A stretch of DNA of 62,662 nucleotides from Bacteroidota bacterium (GTDB lineage: Bacteria > Bacteroidota > Bacteroidia > Chitinophagales > LD1), in contig CANHIG010000002.1 of the NCBI GenBank assembly GCA_947461105.1, positions 1 to 62,662 of the forward strand, in the 5' to 3' direction. A model generated the notes under the pieces. The model ran no database searches. It was not told where the DNA came from and saw only the letters and a program-made list of their open reading frames with translations. Below, in pieces: positions 29,537-37,997 of the stretch. The first letter of the stretch is position 1, and each line of letters starts with the position of its first letter. The position numbers and the translations under genes were made by a program.

Positions 29537-29995
29537 ATGAAAACAACAATTACTGCCTTATTTGCAATTTGCTTTTTATCTATTCAGGCGCAACAAACAG
29601 AGCCTGCTGCAAAGCCAAATCCTAATGCTCCGAAAATTAAATTGGTAGAGGAAGTTTACGACTTCGGTACAATTGTAGAAGGACCTGCGGCATCGCATGA
29701 ATTCAAATTCAAAAACGAAGGGAAAGAACCTTTAATTCTATCAAACGTGAAAGCAAGCTGCGGGTGTACTGTGCCTACCTGGCCAAAAGAGCCAATCCTT
29801 CCGGGAAAGGAATCGCAAATCATTGCTACCTATAACACACAAGGCAGAGTGGGAGGATTTACAAAAACCATCACTATAGAATCAAATGCTAACGAACCTG
29901 CAAAGGTGGTTACCATAAAAGGTGAGGTTATAAAAGCAGAAGATGACAAAAGCATTCCTTATGCTGCACCATCACTTCTGAGTCCTAAAAACTAA
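29537..29995 (+). CDS. DUF1573 domain protein (secreted)
   Basis: It has a signal peptide and the ASCGCT motif characteristic of DUF1573. Confidence 0.8.
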   Translation: MKTTITALFAICFLSIQAQQTEPAAKPNPNAPKIKLVEEVYDFGTIVEGPAASHEFKFKNEGKEPLILSNVKASCGCTVPTWPKEPILPGKESQIIATYNTQGRVGGFTKTITIESNANEPAKVVTIKGEVIKAEDDKSIPYAAPSLLSPKN

Positions 29996-30018
29996 TATCA
30001 GAAAACTTGATAAAAAAA

Positions 30019-30050
30019 ACTCCGGCTTTTCAGTCGGAGTTTTTTGTTTT
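30019..30050 (+). terminator. Intrinsic terminator after the DUF1573 gene
   Basis: ACTCCG (30019-30024) pairs with CGGAGT (30035-30040) and is followed by TTTTTGTTTT. Confidence 0.7.
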
Positions 30051-30122
30051 TGGATAACCGCTTTCAGCAACCCCAAAACAGTATATTTCAGAAATAAAGA
30101 TTAACCCGCTATATTGCCATTA

Positions 30123-30890
30123 ATGAATATTGCTCAAGGGAAAAAAATCTATTTCATTTCTGACTTGCATTTAGGAACACCGAATGCTGTGGCAAGCCGT
30201 GAACGCGAAGAAAAGTTCGTTCAATGGATGAAGATGGCTATTGAAGACGCTGCTGAAATTTTTATTGTGGGCGATTTGTTTGATTTCTGGCATGAGTATA
30301 AAACAGTTGTGCCGAAAGGATTTATAAGAGCTCAGGCTGCCATTGCAGATGCCGCAGACAAGGGAATTAAAGTTTCACTCTTTACCGGAAATCACGATAT
30401 GTGGCAGAAAAATTACTTTGCTGAAGAGCTTGGAGTTGAGATTTTTCATGAACCGGTAGAGCGAATATGGAATGAAAAAAAATTCTTTGTCGGTCATGGT
30501 GATGGACTAGGACCTGGGGATCATGGCTATAAATTCATTAAAAAAGTTTTCCGCAATCCGCTCTGTCAGTTTCTTTTCCGTTGGCTTCACCCTGATATTG
30601 GGATGAAAATAGCCAACTACTTTTCCTATAAAAGTCGCTTTGCGAATGGCGCTATTCCTACAGAAACTTTTTTGGGTGAAGACAGAGAATGGCTGATTCA
30701 ATACATCAAAAGCGAGGTGCTCCCCAAACAGCAATTCGATTATTTCATCTTTGGCCACAGGCATTTGCCTATAGAACAACAAATTGGAAGTAGCCTTTAT
30801 ATCAATTTGGGTGATTGGATTTCGTATTTTAGTTATGCCGTTTTTGATGGCACAAAACTTGAGCTAAAATATTTTAAAGATTCCCATTGA
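30123..30890 (+). CDS. lpxH: UDP-2,3-diacylglucosamine diphosphatase
   Basis: It has the calcineurin-like metallophosphatase motifs ISDLHLG, GDLFDFW, GNHD and GHRH, and its size is typical of LpxH. Confidence 0.8.
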   Translation: MNIAQGKKIYFISDLHLGTPNAVASREREEKFVQWMKMAIEDAAEIFIVGDLFDFWHEYKTVVPKGFIRAQAAIADAADKGIKVSLFTGNHDMWQKNYFAEELGVEIFHEPVERIWNEKKFFVGHGDGLGPGDHGYKFIKKVFRNPLCQFLFRWLHPDIGMKIANYFSYKSRFANGAIPTETFLGEDREWLIQYIKSEVLPKQQFDYFIFGHRHLPIEQQIGSSLYINLGDWISYFSYAVFDGTKLELKYFKDSH

Positions 30891-31696
30891 ATAAAAATCG
30901 CAAATATCCTGTTTTGATACTGTTAGCAACTTCGCTACTTCTTATGAGCTCTAGCGGTGATGTGCAGTATTTTACTCCTAAAAAAAATATTGCATTTAAA
31001 GCTCAGCAAATCATTGCGGATCATATAGGATTTTACTATCTGGTCACACGAGATAAAGTTCAAAAAGTACATTATAATGACAGTCTGACTCAGTTTCACC
31101 AGCGTCAGAATATTGGAGCTATTACAACAGTAGACGTCTCTAACCCAATGAAGACCATTCTCTATTATCGAGATTACAGGAAAGTAGAAATTTTAGATAC
31201 ATGGATGTCGATGATTCGAGAAATAGACTTGGACGAATATGGCTACATGCAGGTAAGCGCGGTATGCGGCTCCTCTACAAATGGTATCTGGCTTTATGAT
31301 GAAAACTCTGCGCAGCTAAAAAGAATAAATGATGGCGGAGAACTTGTGCTGCAAAGTGTTTCTTCCCGACAGAGTATGAATAAAGTGCTGCACGTGAGCT
31401 ACCTGCTTGAAAAAAACGCAAAAGTATATGTTGCAGATCCTGAAATAGGAATAGTTCTGTTTGATATGTTTGGCTCCTATATTAAAACATTGCCTATCAG
31501 AGGCATTCAGAAATTCTCAATATTTGCCGACCAGATTGTATTTTTTAATGCAGGCAAAATATACAATTACAATCCGCTGACACTGGAAACCAAAGAACTC
31601 ATTTTGCCTGATTCCACGGTAACTGACGCTGCTTTGCTGAAAAACAAACTAGTTACTATAGGTAGCGATTCTGTAAGAATATACACCTACAAATAG
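30887..31696 (+). CDS. Secreted protein of unknown function (repetitive beta-rich sequence)
   Basis: The TTG start overlaps the lpxH stop (TTGA). It has an N-terminal signal-like segment (KYPVLILLATSLLLMSSSG). I recognise no family motif. Confidence 0.5.
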   Translation: MNKNRKYPVLILLATSLLLMSSSGDVQYFTPKKNIAFKAQQIIADHIGFYYLVTRDKVQKVHYNDSLTQFHQRQNIGAITTVDVSNPMKTILYYRDYRKVEILDTWMSMIREIDLDEYGYMQVSAVCGSSTNGIWLYDENSAQLKRINDGGELVLQSVSSRQSMNKVLHVSYLLEKNAKVYVADPEIGIVLFDMFGSYIKTLPIRGIQKFSIFADQIVFFNAGKIYNYNPLTLETKELILPDSTVTDAALLKNKLVTIGSDSVRIYTYK

Positions 31697-31750
31697 CAAT
31701 CCTGATACTTTAGCCGATTTTATTAAATTCGCTGCTCTTTTGCCATAGAT

Positions 31751-32827
31751 ATGTTTGAACAAATAGAAAACCTCAGAGGACGTTTTATAGAGCTCGGAAA
31801 GATGATTTCCGACCCGGCTATTATTACCGATATGAAAAGGTATAAGCAGCTTAACAAAGAGTACCGCGAACTTGAAACCATACTTATTGTCTATGATAAA
31901 TACCGCGCAGTTTTATCAAATATAGACAACAATAAAAGCATACTAGAAACAGAAGCTGATGAAGAATTCAGAGAGTTAGCAAAAGGCGATTTAATATTTC
32001 AGGAAACAGAAAAAGAGAAATATGAAGAAGAGCTAAAGGCGCTTCTTGTACCAAAAGAACCGGAAGATGAGCGCAATGTGATGCTTGAAATCAGGGCAGG
32101 AACAGGCGGAGATGAAGCAGCAATTTTTGTGGGAGACCTGAGCAGAATGTACACACGCTATTGCGAAACTATCGGATGGCAGGTAACTTTGATTGATTCC
32201 AACGAAGGAAGCGCAGGAGGATTTAAAGAAGTAGTGTTGGATATTAAAGGCGAAAATGTTTATGGCAAAATAAAGTTTGAATCGGGAGTGCATCGTGTGC
32301 AGCGTATTCCGCTAACTGAAGCGAAAGGTAGAGTGCATACTTCGGCTGTATCTGTAGCAGTATTGCCGGAAGCAGATGAAGTGGAAGTGGATATCAACGA
32401 AGCAGATATAAAAATGGATGTGTTCCGTGCATCGGGTGCAGGCGGGCAGCACGTAAACAGAACAGAATCTGCTGTGCGTTTAACGCATCTTCCTACAGGA
32501 ACAGTAGTGGCTTGTCAAGCAGAGCGCTCGCAGCACAAAAATCGCGAGACAGCCATGAAAATGCTTAAGACCAGAATCTATGAAACAGCGGTTCGCAAAC
32601 ACGAAGACGAAATAGCATCGCGAAGAAAAACGTTGGTTTCTACAGGAGACCGCTCCGCAAAAATCAGAACATACAATTATCCTCAGGGACGAATTACAGA
32701 CCACAGAATAAATTTATCTATTTATAATCTTGAAGCTTTCATGAATGGTGATATTGGTGAAATGCTGGAGCAATTATCTTTAGCTGAACAAACTGAAAAA
32801 CTGAAAGAGGGAGGAATTCTCTCTTAA
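31751..32827 (+). CDS. prfA: Peptide chain release factor 1
   Basis: It has the GGQ motif (SGAGGQHVNRTESAVR) and a P-x-T recognition loop (IPLTEAKGRVHTS). It is 358 aa. Confidence 0.92.
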   Translation: MFEQIENLRGRFIELGKMISDPAIITDMKRYKQLNKEYRELETILIVYDKYRAVLSNIDNNKSILETEADEEFRELAKGDLIFQETEKEKYEEELKALLVPKEPEDERNVMLEIRAGTGGDEAAIFVGDLSRMYTRYCETIGWQVTLIDSNEGSAGGFKEVVLDIKGENVYGKIKFESGVHRVQRIPLTEAKGRVHTSAVSVAVLPEADEVEVDINEADIKMDVFRASGAGGQHVNRTESAVRLTHLPTGTVVACQAERSQHKNRETAMKMLKTRIYETAVRKHEDEIASRRKTLVSTGDRSAKIRTYNYPQGRITDHRINLSIYNLEAFMNGDIGEMLEQLSLAEQTEKLKEGGILS

Positions 32828-32950
32828 TTAATTAGCAAAGTATGGCAAGTTTCAGATTCAGAAAAGAACCAACTTAAACAAGCGGCTTAAGGGAGCAAAA
32901 ATTTTGTCCACTTTTTTCTAGGAATTCCATGAGGATGATAATAACTTTTT

Positions 32951-35404
32951 TTACACCGGATCCACATCAATAGAATACCTTACCGACTTAAATTCCTTTT
33001 GCGATATCGTCTGATCAAGAATTGCTCTAATCGTTCTTTTTGCAGCACTTAAGTCTTTAATGTTTTGATTGGATTTGATGAGTATATCTTTCAGATAAAA
33101 ATTATTGATTCGGATAATGAAAGGGCTGGATGGCCCAAGCACCTCAAACAGATTAGCTCGCCTGAGTTCATTGGCAAAATACAGTGACGCTTTTTCCACA
33201 GTGAGTATTTGCTTATCAGAAATTCTGATTTGAATCATCCGCACAAATGGCGGATAGTGAAACTCCCTTCTGTGTTCCAGTTCCTGCTCATACATTTTGG
33301 TATAATCATTCGCCTGCACACATTCGATTACAAAATTTTCTTTCTGGTTGGTCTGAATGATTACTTTGCCTTTGCCGTCCTTTCTGCCTGCCCTGCCGCT
33401 CACCTGAGTCATCAGCTGAAAAGCCCGCTCTGCCGATTTGTAACCAAGCTGAAATAGCAACGCATCTGCTTTCAAAACGCCCACCAAATTCACATGTTCG
33501 AAATCAAGCCCTTTTGAAACCATCTGAGTACCCACCAGTATATCTACTTCTCTGTTTTCAAATGCAGCAATAATGTTTTCATGAGCATGTTTGCCGCGAG
33601 CAGAATCCAAATCGAGCCGGCTCACACGAGCTGTCGGAAAAAGTTCTGTTACAATCTCTTCAATTTTCTCCGTACCCATTCCCACAATATCTAAATCTGC
33701 GGTGCCGCATGATACACAGTGATTCACTACTTTTTCCTGATAGCCGCAATAGTGGCAGATAAGTTTGTGTTGAAACTTGTGATATGTAAGCGACACATCA
33801 CAGTTTTTGCATTTATAAACATGAGCACAGGTTCTGCAAACCTGATAATTTGAAAAGCCTCTTCGGTTATGAAAGAGAATAACCTGCTTGCGCTCTTTGA
33901 GTTGCTGATTGATAGCCGCTACCAATTCATCTGAAAACAAATCATCAGCGGGTAGCTGATTGCTTTTGCGTTGCATGGTCACCACATCTATCTCTGGCAT
34001 GGCAATATTCTCGAAACGCTGATTGAGTTTCACAAAGCCAAACTTATTTTTCTCGGCATTATAAACACTCTCCAAAGAAGGCGTAGCAGAACCCAGTAAA
34101 ACTTTCGCGCCAAATTTAGAAGCCAGATAAATGGCACAATCACGTGCATGATAGCGAGGCGATGGGTCTGTTTGTTTGTAAGAACTATCATGCTCTTCAT
34201 CTACCACTATCAAACCCAAATCGGAAAACGGGAGAAAAATTCCTGAACGTGCCGCAACAATTATTTTGTATTCATTGAGCAGCATTTTGTTCCATATTTC
34301 CACACGCTCATGCTGACTAAATTTAGAATGATACACCCCAAGTGTTTCGCCAAAATGACCTTTAAGCCTGTTGATGATTTGTGCGGTAAGCGCAATCTCA
34401 GGCAAAAGAAACAGGGCTTGTTTCCCTGCAGCTATAGTTTCCTGAATCAGCTTGGTATAAATTTCTGTTTTCCCGCTACCAGTAACGCCCTGTAGCAGCA
34501 CCACTTGCTTCTCCTGAAACTGCTCCTTGATACCATTCAACACTCTAGTCTGTTCATCGCTGAGCGCAATAGAAGCCTTTTCATCTTTTATGAAAGTACC
34601 GAGTCGCGAAACCTCCGCTTTGAAAGGAATCAGAAAACCTTTCTCCGCCAAACCGTTAAATACAGCACTGCCGAGTTTAGTTTTTTCCAGCAAATCAGAT
34701 TTCTTGATGTATTTATTCTTTTTTGAAAGCGCAATAAATCCAATCAGCAACTCAGCCTGCTTTAGCGCGCGCGATAATTCATCAAAAGCCTTTTCAAGAT
34801 TTTCTTCTACAGCCAAATCCTCATTTAGCCTTACAAAAGTTTCTGTCTTGCTTTTGTATTTCACCTTCAGGTCTTCTGCCGTTGCTGCAATACCCGAAGC
34901 CAATAAAATCTTTATTGATTTATAAACAGATTTACTTTCCAAACCTTGCTGAATCTGAGGAATAGTAAGCTCATTCTGTGCTTTCAGCATTTGCACTATT
35001 TGAAAAGACTGGTCATCTAAAAAATCGAAATCGCCCTCATAACTGTCATTCAAAACAATCTTTGTCTCACTGCTCATCTTCATGCCAGATGGCAAGGCAA
35101 GCTCCAAAACCTCACCTTCCGTAGCGAGATAATATTGCGCTATCCATTTCCAGAAATCTATCTGAGATTGAAGCACAACAGGCTCTTCATCAGCAATAGA
35201 ATCAATCAATTTTGGCTCTACTGCGGGTTTTCTGTAATGAATTTCTGCAACAATAGCGGAGTAAAATTTATTCCTCCCAAACTGAACTATCACACGATGC
35301 CCCACTTTTACAATGCCCACCAAATCCACAGGCACAGCATAAGCGTATCGCTGCGGTAATGCAAGCGGCAATAAAACATCAGCATAAGTTACTGCGGATT
35401 TCAT
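32951..35404 (-). CDS. priA: Primosomal replication restart helicase PriA
   Basis: It has Walker A GVTGSGKTE, DEEH and a Cys-rich zinc insert (CRTCAHVYKCKNCDVSLTYH...CHYCG...CVSCG). It is 817 aa. Confidence 0.92.
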   Translation of the reverse strand: MKSAVTYADVLLPLALPQRYAYAVPVDLVGIVKVGHRVIVQFGRNKFYSAIVAEIHYRKPAVEPKLIDSIADEEPVVLQSQIDFWKWIAQYYLATEGEVLELALPSGMKMSSETKIVLNDSYEGDFDFLDDQSFQIVQMLKAQNELTIPQIQQGLESKSVYKSIKILLASGIAATAEDLKVKYKSKTETFVRLNEDLAVEENLEKAFDELSRALKQAELLIGFIALSKKNKYIKKSDLLEKTKLGSAVFNGLAEKGFLIPFKAEVSRLGTFIKDEKASIALSDEQTRVLNGIKEQFQEKQVVLLQGVTGSGKTEIYTKLIQETIAAGKQALFLLPEIALTAQIINRLKGHFGETLGVYHSKFSQHERVEIWNKMLLNEYKIIVAARSGIFLPFSDLGLIVVDEEHDSSYKQTDPSPRYHARDCAIYLASKFGAKVLLGSATPSLESVYNAEKNKFGFVKLNQRFENIAMPEIDVVTMQRKSNQLPADDLFSDELVAAINQQLKERKQVILFHNRRGFSNYQVCRTCAHVYKCKNCDVSLTYHKFQHKLICHYCGYQEKVVNHCVSCGTADLDIVGMGTEKIEEIVTELFPTARVSRLDLDSARGKHAHENIIAAFENREVDILVGTQMVSKGLDFEHVNLVGVLKADALLFQLGYKSAERAFQLMTQVSGRAGRKDGKGKVIIQTNQKENFVIECVQANDYTKMYEQELEHRREFHYPPFVRMIQIRISDKQILTVEKASLYFANELRRANLFEVLGPSSPFIIRINNFYLKDILIKSNQNIKDLSAAKRTIRAILDQTISQKEFKSVRYSIDVDPV

Positions 35405-35488
35405 TGCGGAAATATAGGCAGTATTATCGGGAAATACAGCGCAGATTTTTTTAGTTTCTGAAACTTAGGCAGTCTTCAACTGTAGCTT

Positions 35489-36118
35489 TTATAACTCCGT
35501 AACTTCTTTGTAAAATACAACTCCAATTACTGTCCAGCTAACCCATGTAAGGACTGTTAGCCCGAGCGCAACCAAAGGAAACCAAAATGCAATGAGGCAA
35601 ATCAAAGAGTATAATACAAATCCTGCATAACAATACTTCAAGCCATCTTTAAGACTTTCCACAGCTAAGTCATTAATTGCAAGCTGCTTTGGTGTCATTG
35701 TTGCTTTGAACAAAACTATCCAGCAAAAATTATGGAACAGGCTTACGAAGCTGTATACTATGATAGCAGGCTTATAGAATTCGGTGTCAACAAAATCTGC
35801 CATCAATGCTGTTGGGAAAGGTAAAACCACAATGGAAAGCAAGAACAATCCGTTTGCATAAATGAACTTGTTTGATGTTTTATTGAGGTATTTAAATAGA
35901 CTGTGATGGTTTACCCAAGCAACGAGAATAGTTCCAAAACTGAGAATAAATGCAAAATAAGAAGGCCATTTGTGAGCTAGCACAGACCAGAGTTCAGCCA
36001 CAGTATGTACATCTTCATGCTTCGGCACTTTGATTTCGATTACCAGTAGTGTAATGGCAATAGCAATTACACCATCGCAAAAAGTTTCGAGTCTGGTGTT
36101 GGGGTTTTGTGCTGACAT
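35489..36118 (-). CDS. TMEM175/DUF1211-family potassium channel
   Basis: It has RLETFCDGVIAIAITLLV (the RxxxFSD-type motif) and six TM helices. The ATG at 36118 is preferred over the listed TTG at 36166. Confidence 0.8.
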   Translation of the reverse strand: MSAQNPNTRLETFCDGVIAIAITLLVIEIKVPKHEDVHTVAELWSVLAHKWPSYFAFILSFGTILVAWVNHHSLFKYLNKTSNKFIYANGLFLLSIVVLPFPTALMADFVDTEFYKPAIIVYSFVSLFHNFCWIVLFKATMTPKQLAINDLAVESLKDGLKYCYAGFVLYSLICLIAFWFPLVALGLTVLTWVSWTVIGVVFYKEVTEL

Positions 36119-36168
36119 AATGTTTTTCTTGGTTTGCTTAAATGTAGCTTTTATGTTTGGATTCAAAC

Positions 36169-36255
36169 GTCATTTCGATAAATCATTCTTATGATTTGAG
36201 AAATCTCGCGAATTGAATTTGAGATTTCTCGCTCGCGGACTCGCATCGAAATGAC
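36169..36255. repeat. Nested inverted repeat (REP-like palindromic element) between recJ and the TMEM175 gene
   Basis: The outer 11-bp arms are GTCATTTCGAT (36169-36179) and ATCGAAATGAC (36245-36255). The inner 10-bp arms are GAGAAATCTC (36198-36207) and GAGATTTCTC (36221-36230). Confidence 0.8.
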
Positions 36256-36267
36256 AATTATGTATGA

Positions 36268-37968
36268 TTAAGCACTCTGTCTAATATCCTTCACCATCAT
36301 TTGTAAAGACTTTTGTCCCTGCCATTCGTTTTCATCTATTTGATAAACCACATCAATTGCTCCGCTTTTCAGCAATTCAAATTTATGTGCCAAATCAAAA
36401 CCGATTCCTGAAATAGTAATTCCGTTTTGACGTAGTGAAAATTTCACATGCTTATCTTTTACAATTTTGCTCCAGCCTGAATCAGCTACATTTTTTGTAA
36501 CGAAAACAGGTTTCATGTTATCAGGACCAAATGGTGCAAAGCGATTAACCAGATTATAAAATGAATTATTGATGTCCGAAAAATTTATTTCAGCATCAAT
36601 TTCAATTTCAGGAATCAGCTGGTCTTCGGTGATTGTTGCGCTTACGATTGTTTCAAACGCAATTTTGAAATCAGTAACTTTTTCAGGAAGCATTGTAAGT
36701 CCTGCAGCAAATTTGTGTCCACCAAACTGAATCAGATGATTGCGACATTCATAAATGGCCTCATACAAATCAAAGCCCTTCACCGAACGCGCAGAGCCTG
36801 TTACTTTCCCCTCGTGCTCGGTGAGTACAATTGTCGGTCGGTAATAATGCTCCGTAAGTCGAGATGCCACGATACCAATCACACCTTTGTGCCAGCCATC
36901 GTTAAAAACTACTGTTGTGCGCAGTGATTCATTGTGAGGATTATTCTGCAACATTTCCAAAGCATGAGCAGTGATTTCTTTATCAGCTTCCTGACGGTCT
37001 TTGTTCATGTTGTGCAACTCCATCGCCTGATTCGCGTGGCTCAAATCATCAGAATCTGCAATGAGTAGTTTCACCGACTGAGTGGCATCGTCCATTCTTC
37101 CCGCTGCGTTGATGCGTGGACCAATATAGAAGACCACATCCGAAACATCGTAAGCTTTTTCGATTCCAATCAGCTTCATCAAATGCTTAAACCCTGGAAG
37201 CGGATTTTCATTCAATTTCTTAAGACCGTGATATTCCAAAATCCGGTTTTCACCGGAAATAGAAACAATGTCAGAAGCAATACTCACAGCCACTAAATCG
37301 AGTAAATCCAGATAAGTCTTTTCCGGGAGATTGAAATGCGATGCTAATGCCTGAGCTAATTTGAAGCCCACACCGCAGCCGCTGAGTTCTTTGAACGGAT
37401 AGTTGCAATCTTTTCTTTTAGGGTCTAAAACTGCAATAGCTTTAGGCAATTCTTCACCCGGATTGTGATGGTCGCAAATGATAAAATCAATTCCCTTTTC
37501 ATTGGCATAATCAATTTTATCAACTGATTTGATACCGCAATCTAGGGCAATAATCAATGAGAAATCATTTTCAGTTGCATAGTCTATTCCCAAAGTAGAA
37601 ATTCCGTAACCCTCTTTGTAACGGTTGGGAATGTAATATTCGGTATTAGGATAAAACTGACGGAAAAATAAAGTCATGAGTGAAACGGAAGTAGTTCCGT
37701 CAACATCATAATCTCCGTAAATCAGCATTTTTTCGTTGGAAGTAATTGCCTTTTCGATTCTTGCAACAGCCTTGTCCATATCTTTCATCCGATAGGGATC
37801 ATGTAATAAAGAAAGTTCAGGAACAAAAAAAGATTTCGATGAATCGAAAGATTCAATTCCTCTTTCCACCAGCAAACGGCAAAGAGCAGGATGAATTCTA
37901 AGCGATTGCTGCAATTCAGCTACTTTAGCCTCATCTGCTTGTTTTAATGTCCAGCGCTTTTGTTTCAT
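36268..37968 (-). CDS. recJ: Single-stranded-DNA-specific exonuclease RecJ
   Basis: It has the DHH motifs (YGDYDVDGTTS, DCG, ICDHH) and a DHHA1 region (GGHKFAAG). It is 566 aa. Confidence 0.92.
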   Translation of the reverse strand: MKQKRWTLKQADEAKVAELQQSLRIHPALCRLLVERGIESFDSSKSFFVPELSLLHDPYRMKDMDKAVARIEKAITSNEKMLIYGDYDVDGTTSVSLMTLFFRQFYPNTEYYIPNRYKEGYGISTLGIDYATENDFSLIIALDCGIKSVDKIDYANEKGIDFIICDHHNPGEELPKAIAVLDPKRKDCNYPFKELSGCGVGFKLAQALASHFNLPEKTYLDLLDLVAVSIASDIVSISGENRILEYHGLKKLNENPLPGFKHLMKLIGIEKAYDVSDVVFYIGPRINAAGRMDDATQSVKLLIADSDDLSHANQAMELHNMNKDRQEADKEITAHALEMLQNNPHNESLRTTVVFNDGWHKGVIGIVASRLTEHYYRPTIVLTEHEGKVTGSARSVKGFDLYEAIYECRNHLIQFGGHKFAAGLTMLPEKVTDFKIAFETIVSATITEDQLIPEIEIDAEINFSDINNSFYNLVNRFAPFGPDNMKPVFVTKNVADSGWSKIVKDKHVKFSLRQNGITISGIGFDLAHKFELLKSGAIDVVYQIDENEWQGQKSLQMMVKDIRQSA

Positions 37969-37997
37969 GAATTTGCGTTACTAAAACGCAATAATAA

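Noticed and set aside
32828-32950. An expected terminator between the convergent prfA and priA genes.
   Set aside because: I found only an 8-bp GGAATTCC palindrome and no convincing stem plus U-tract, so I did not annotate one.
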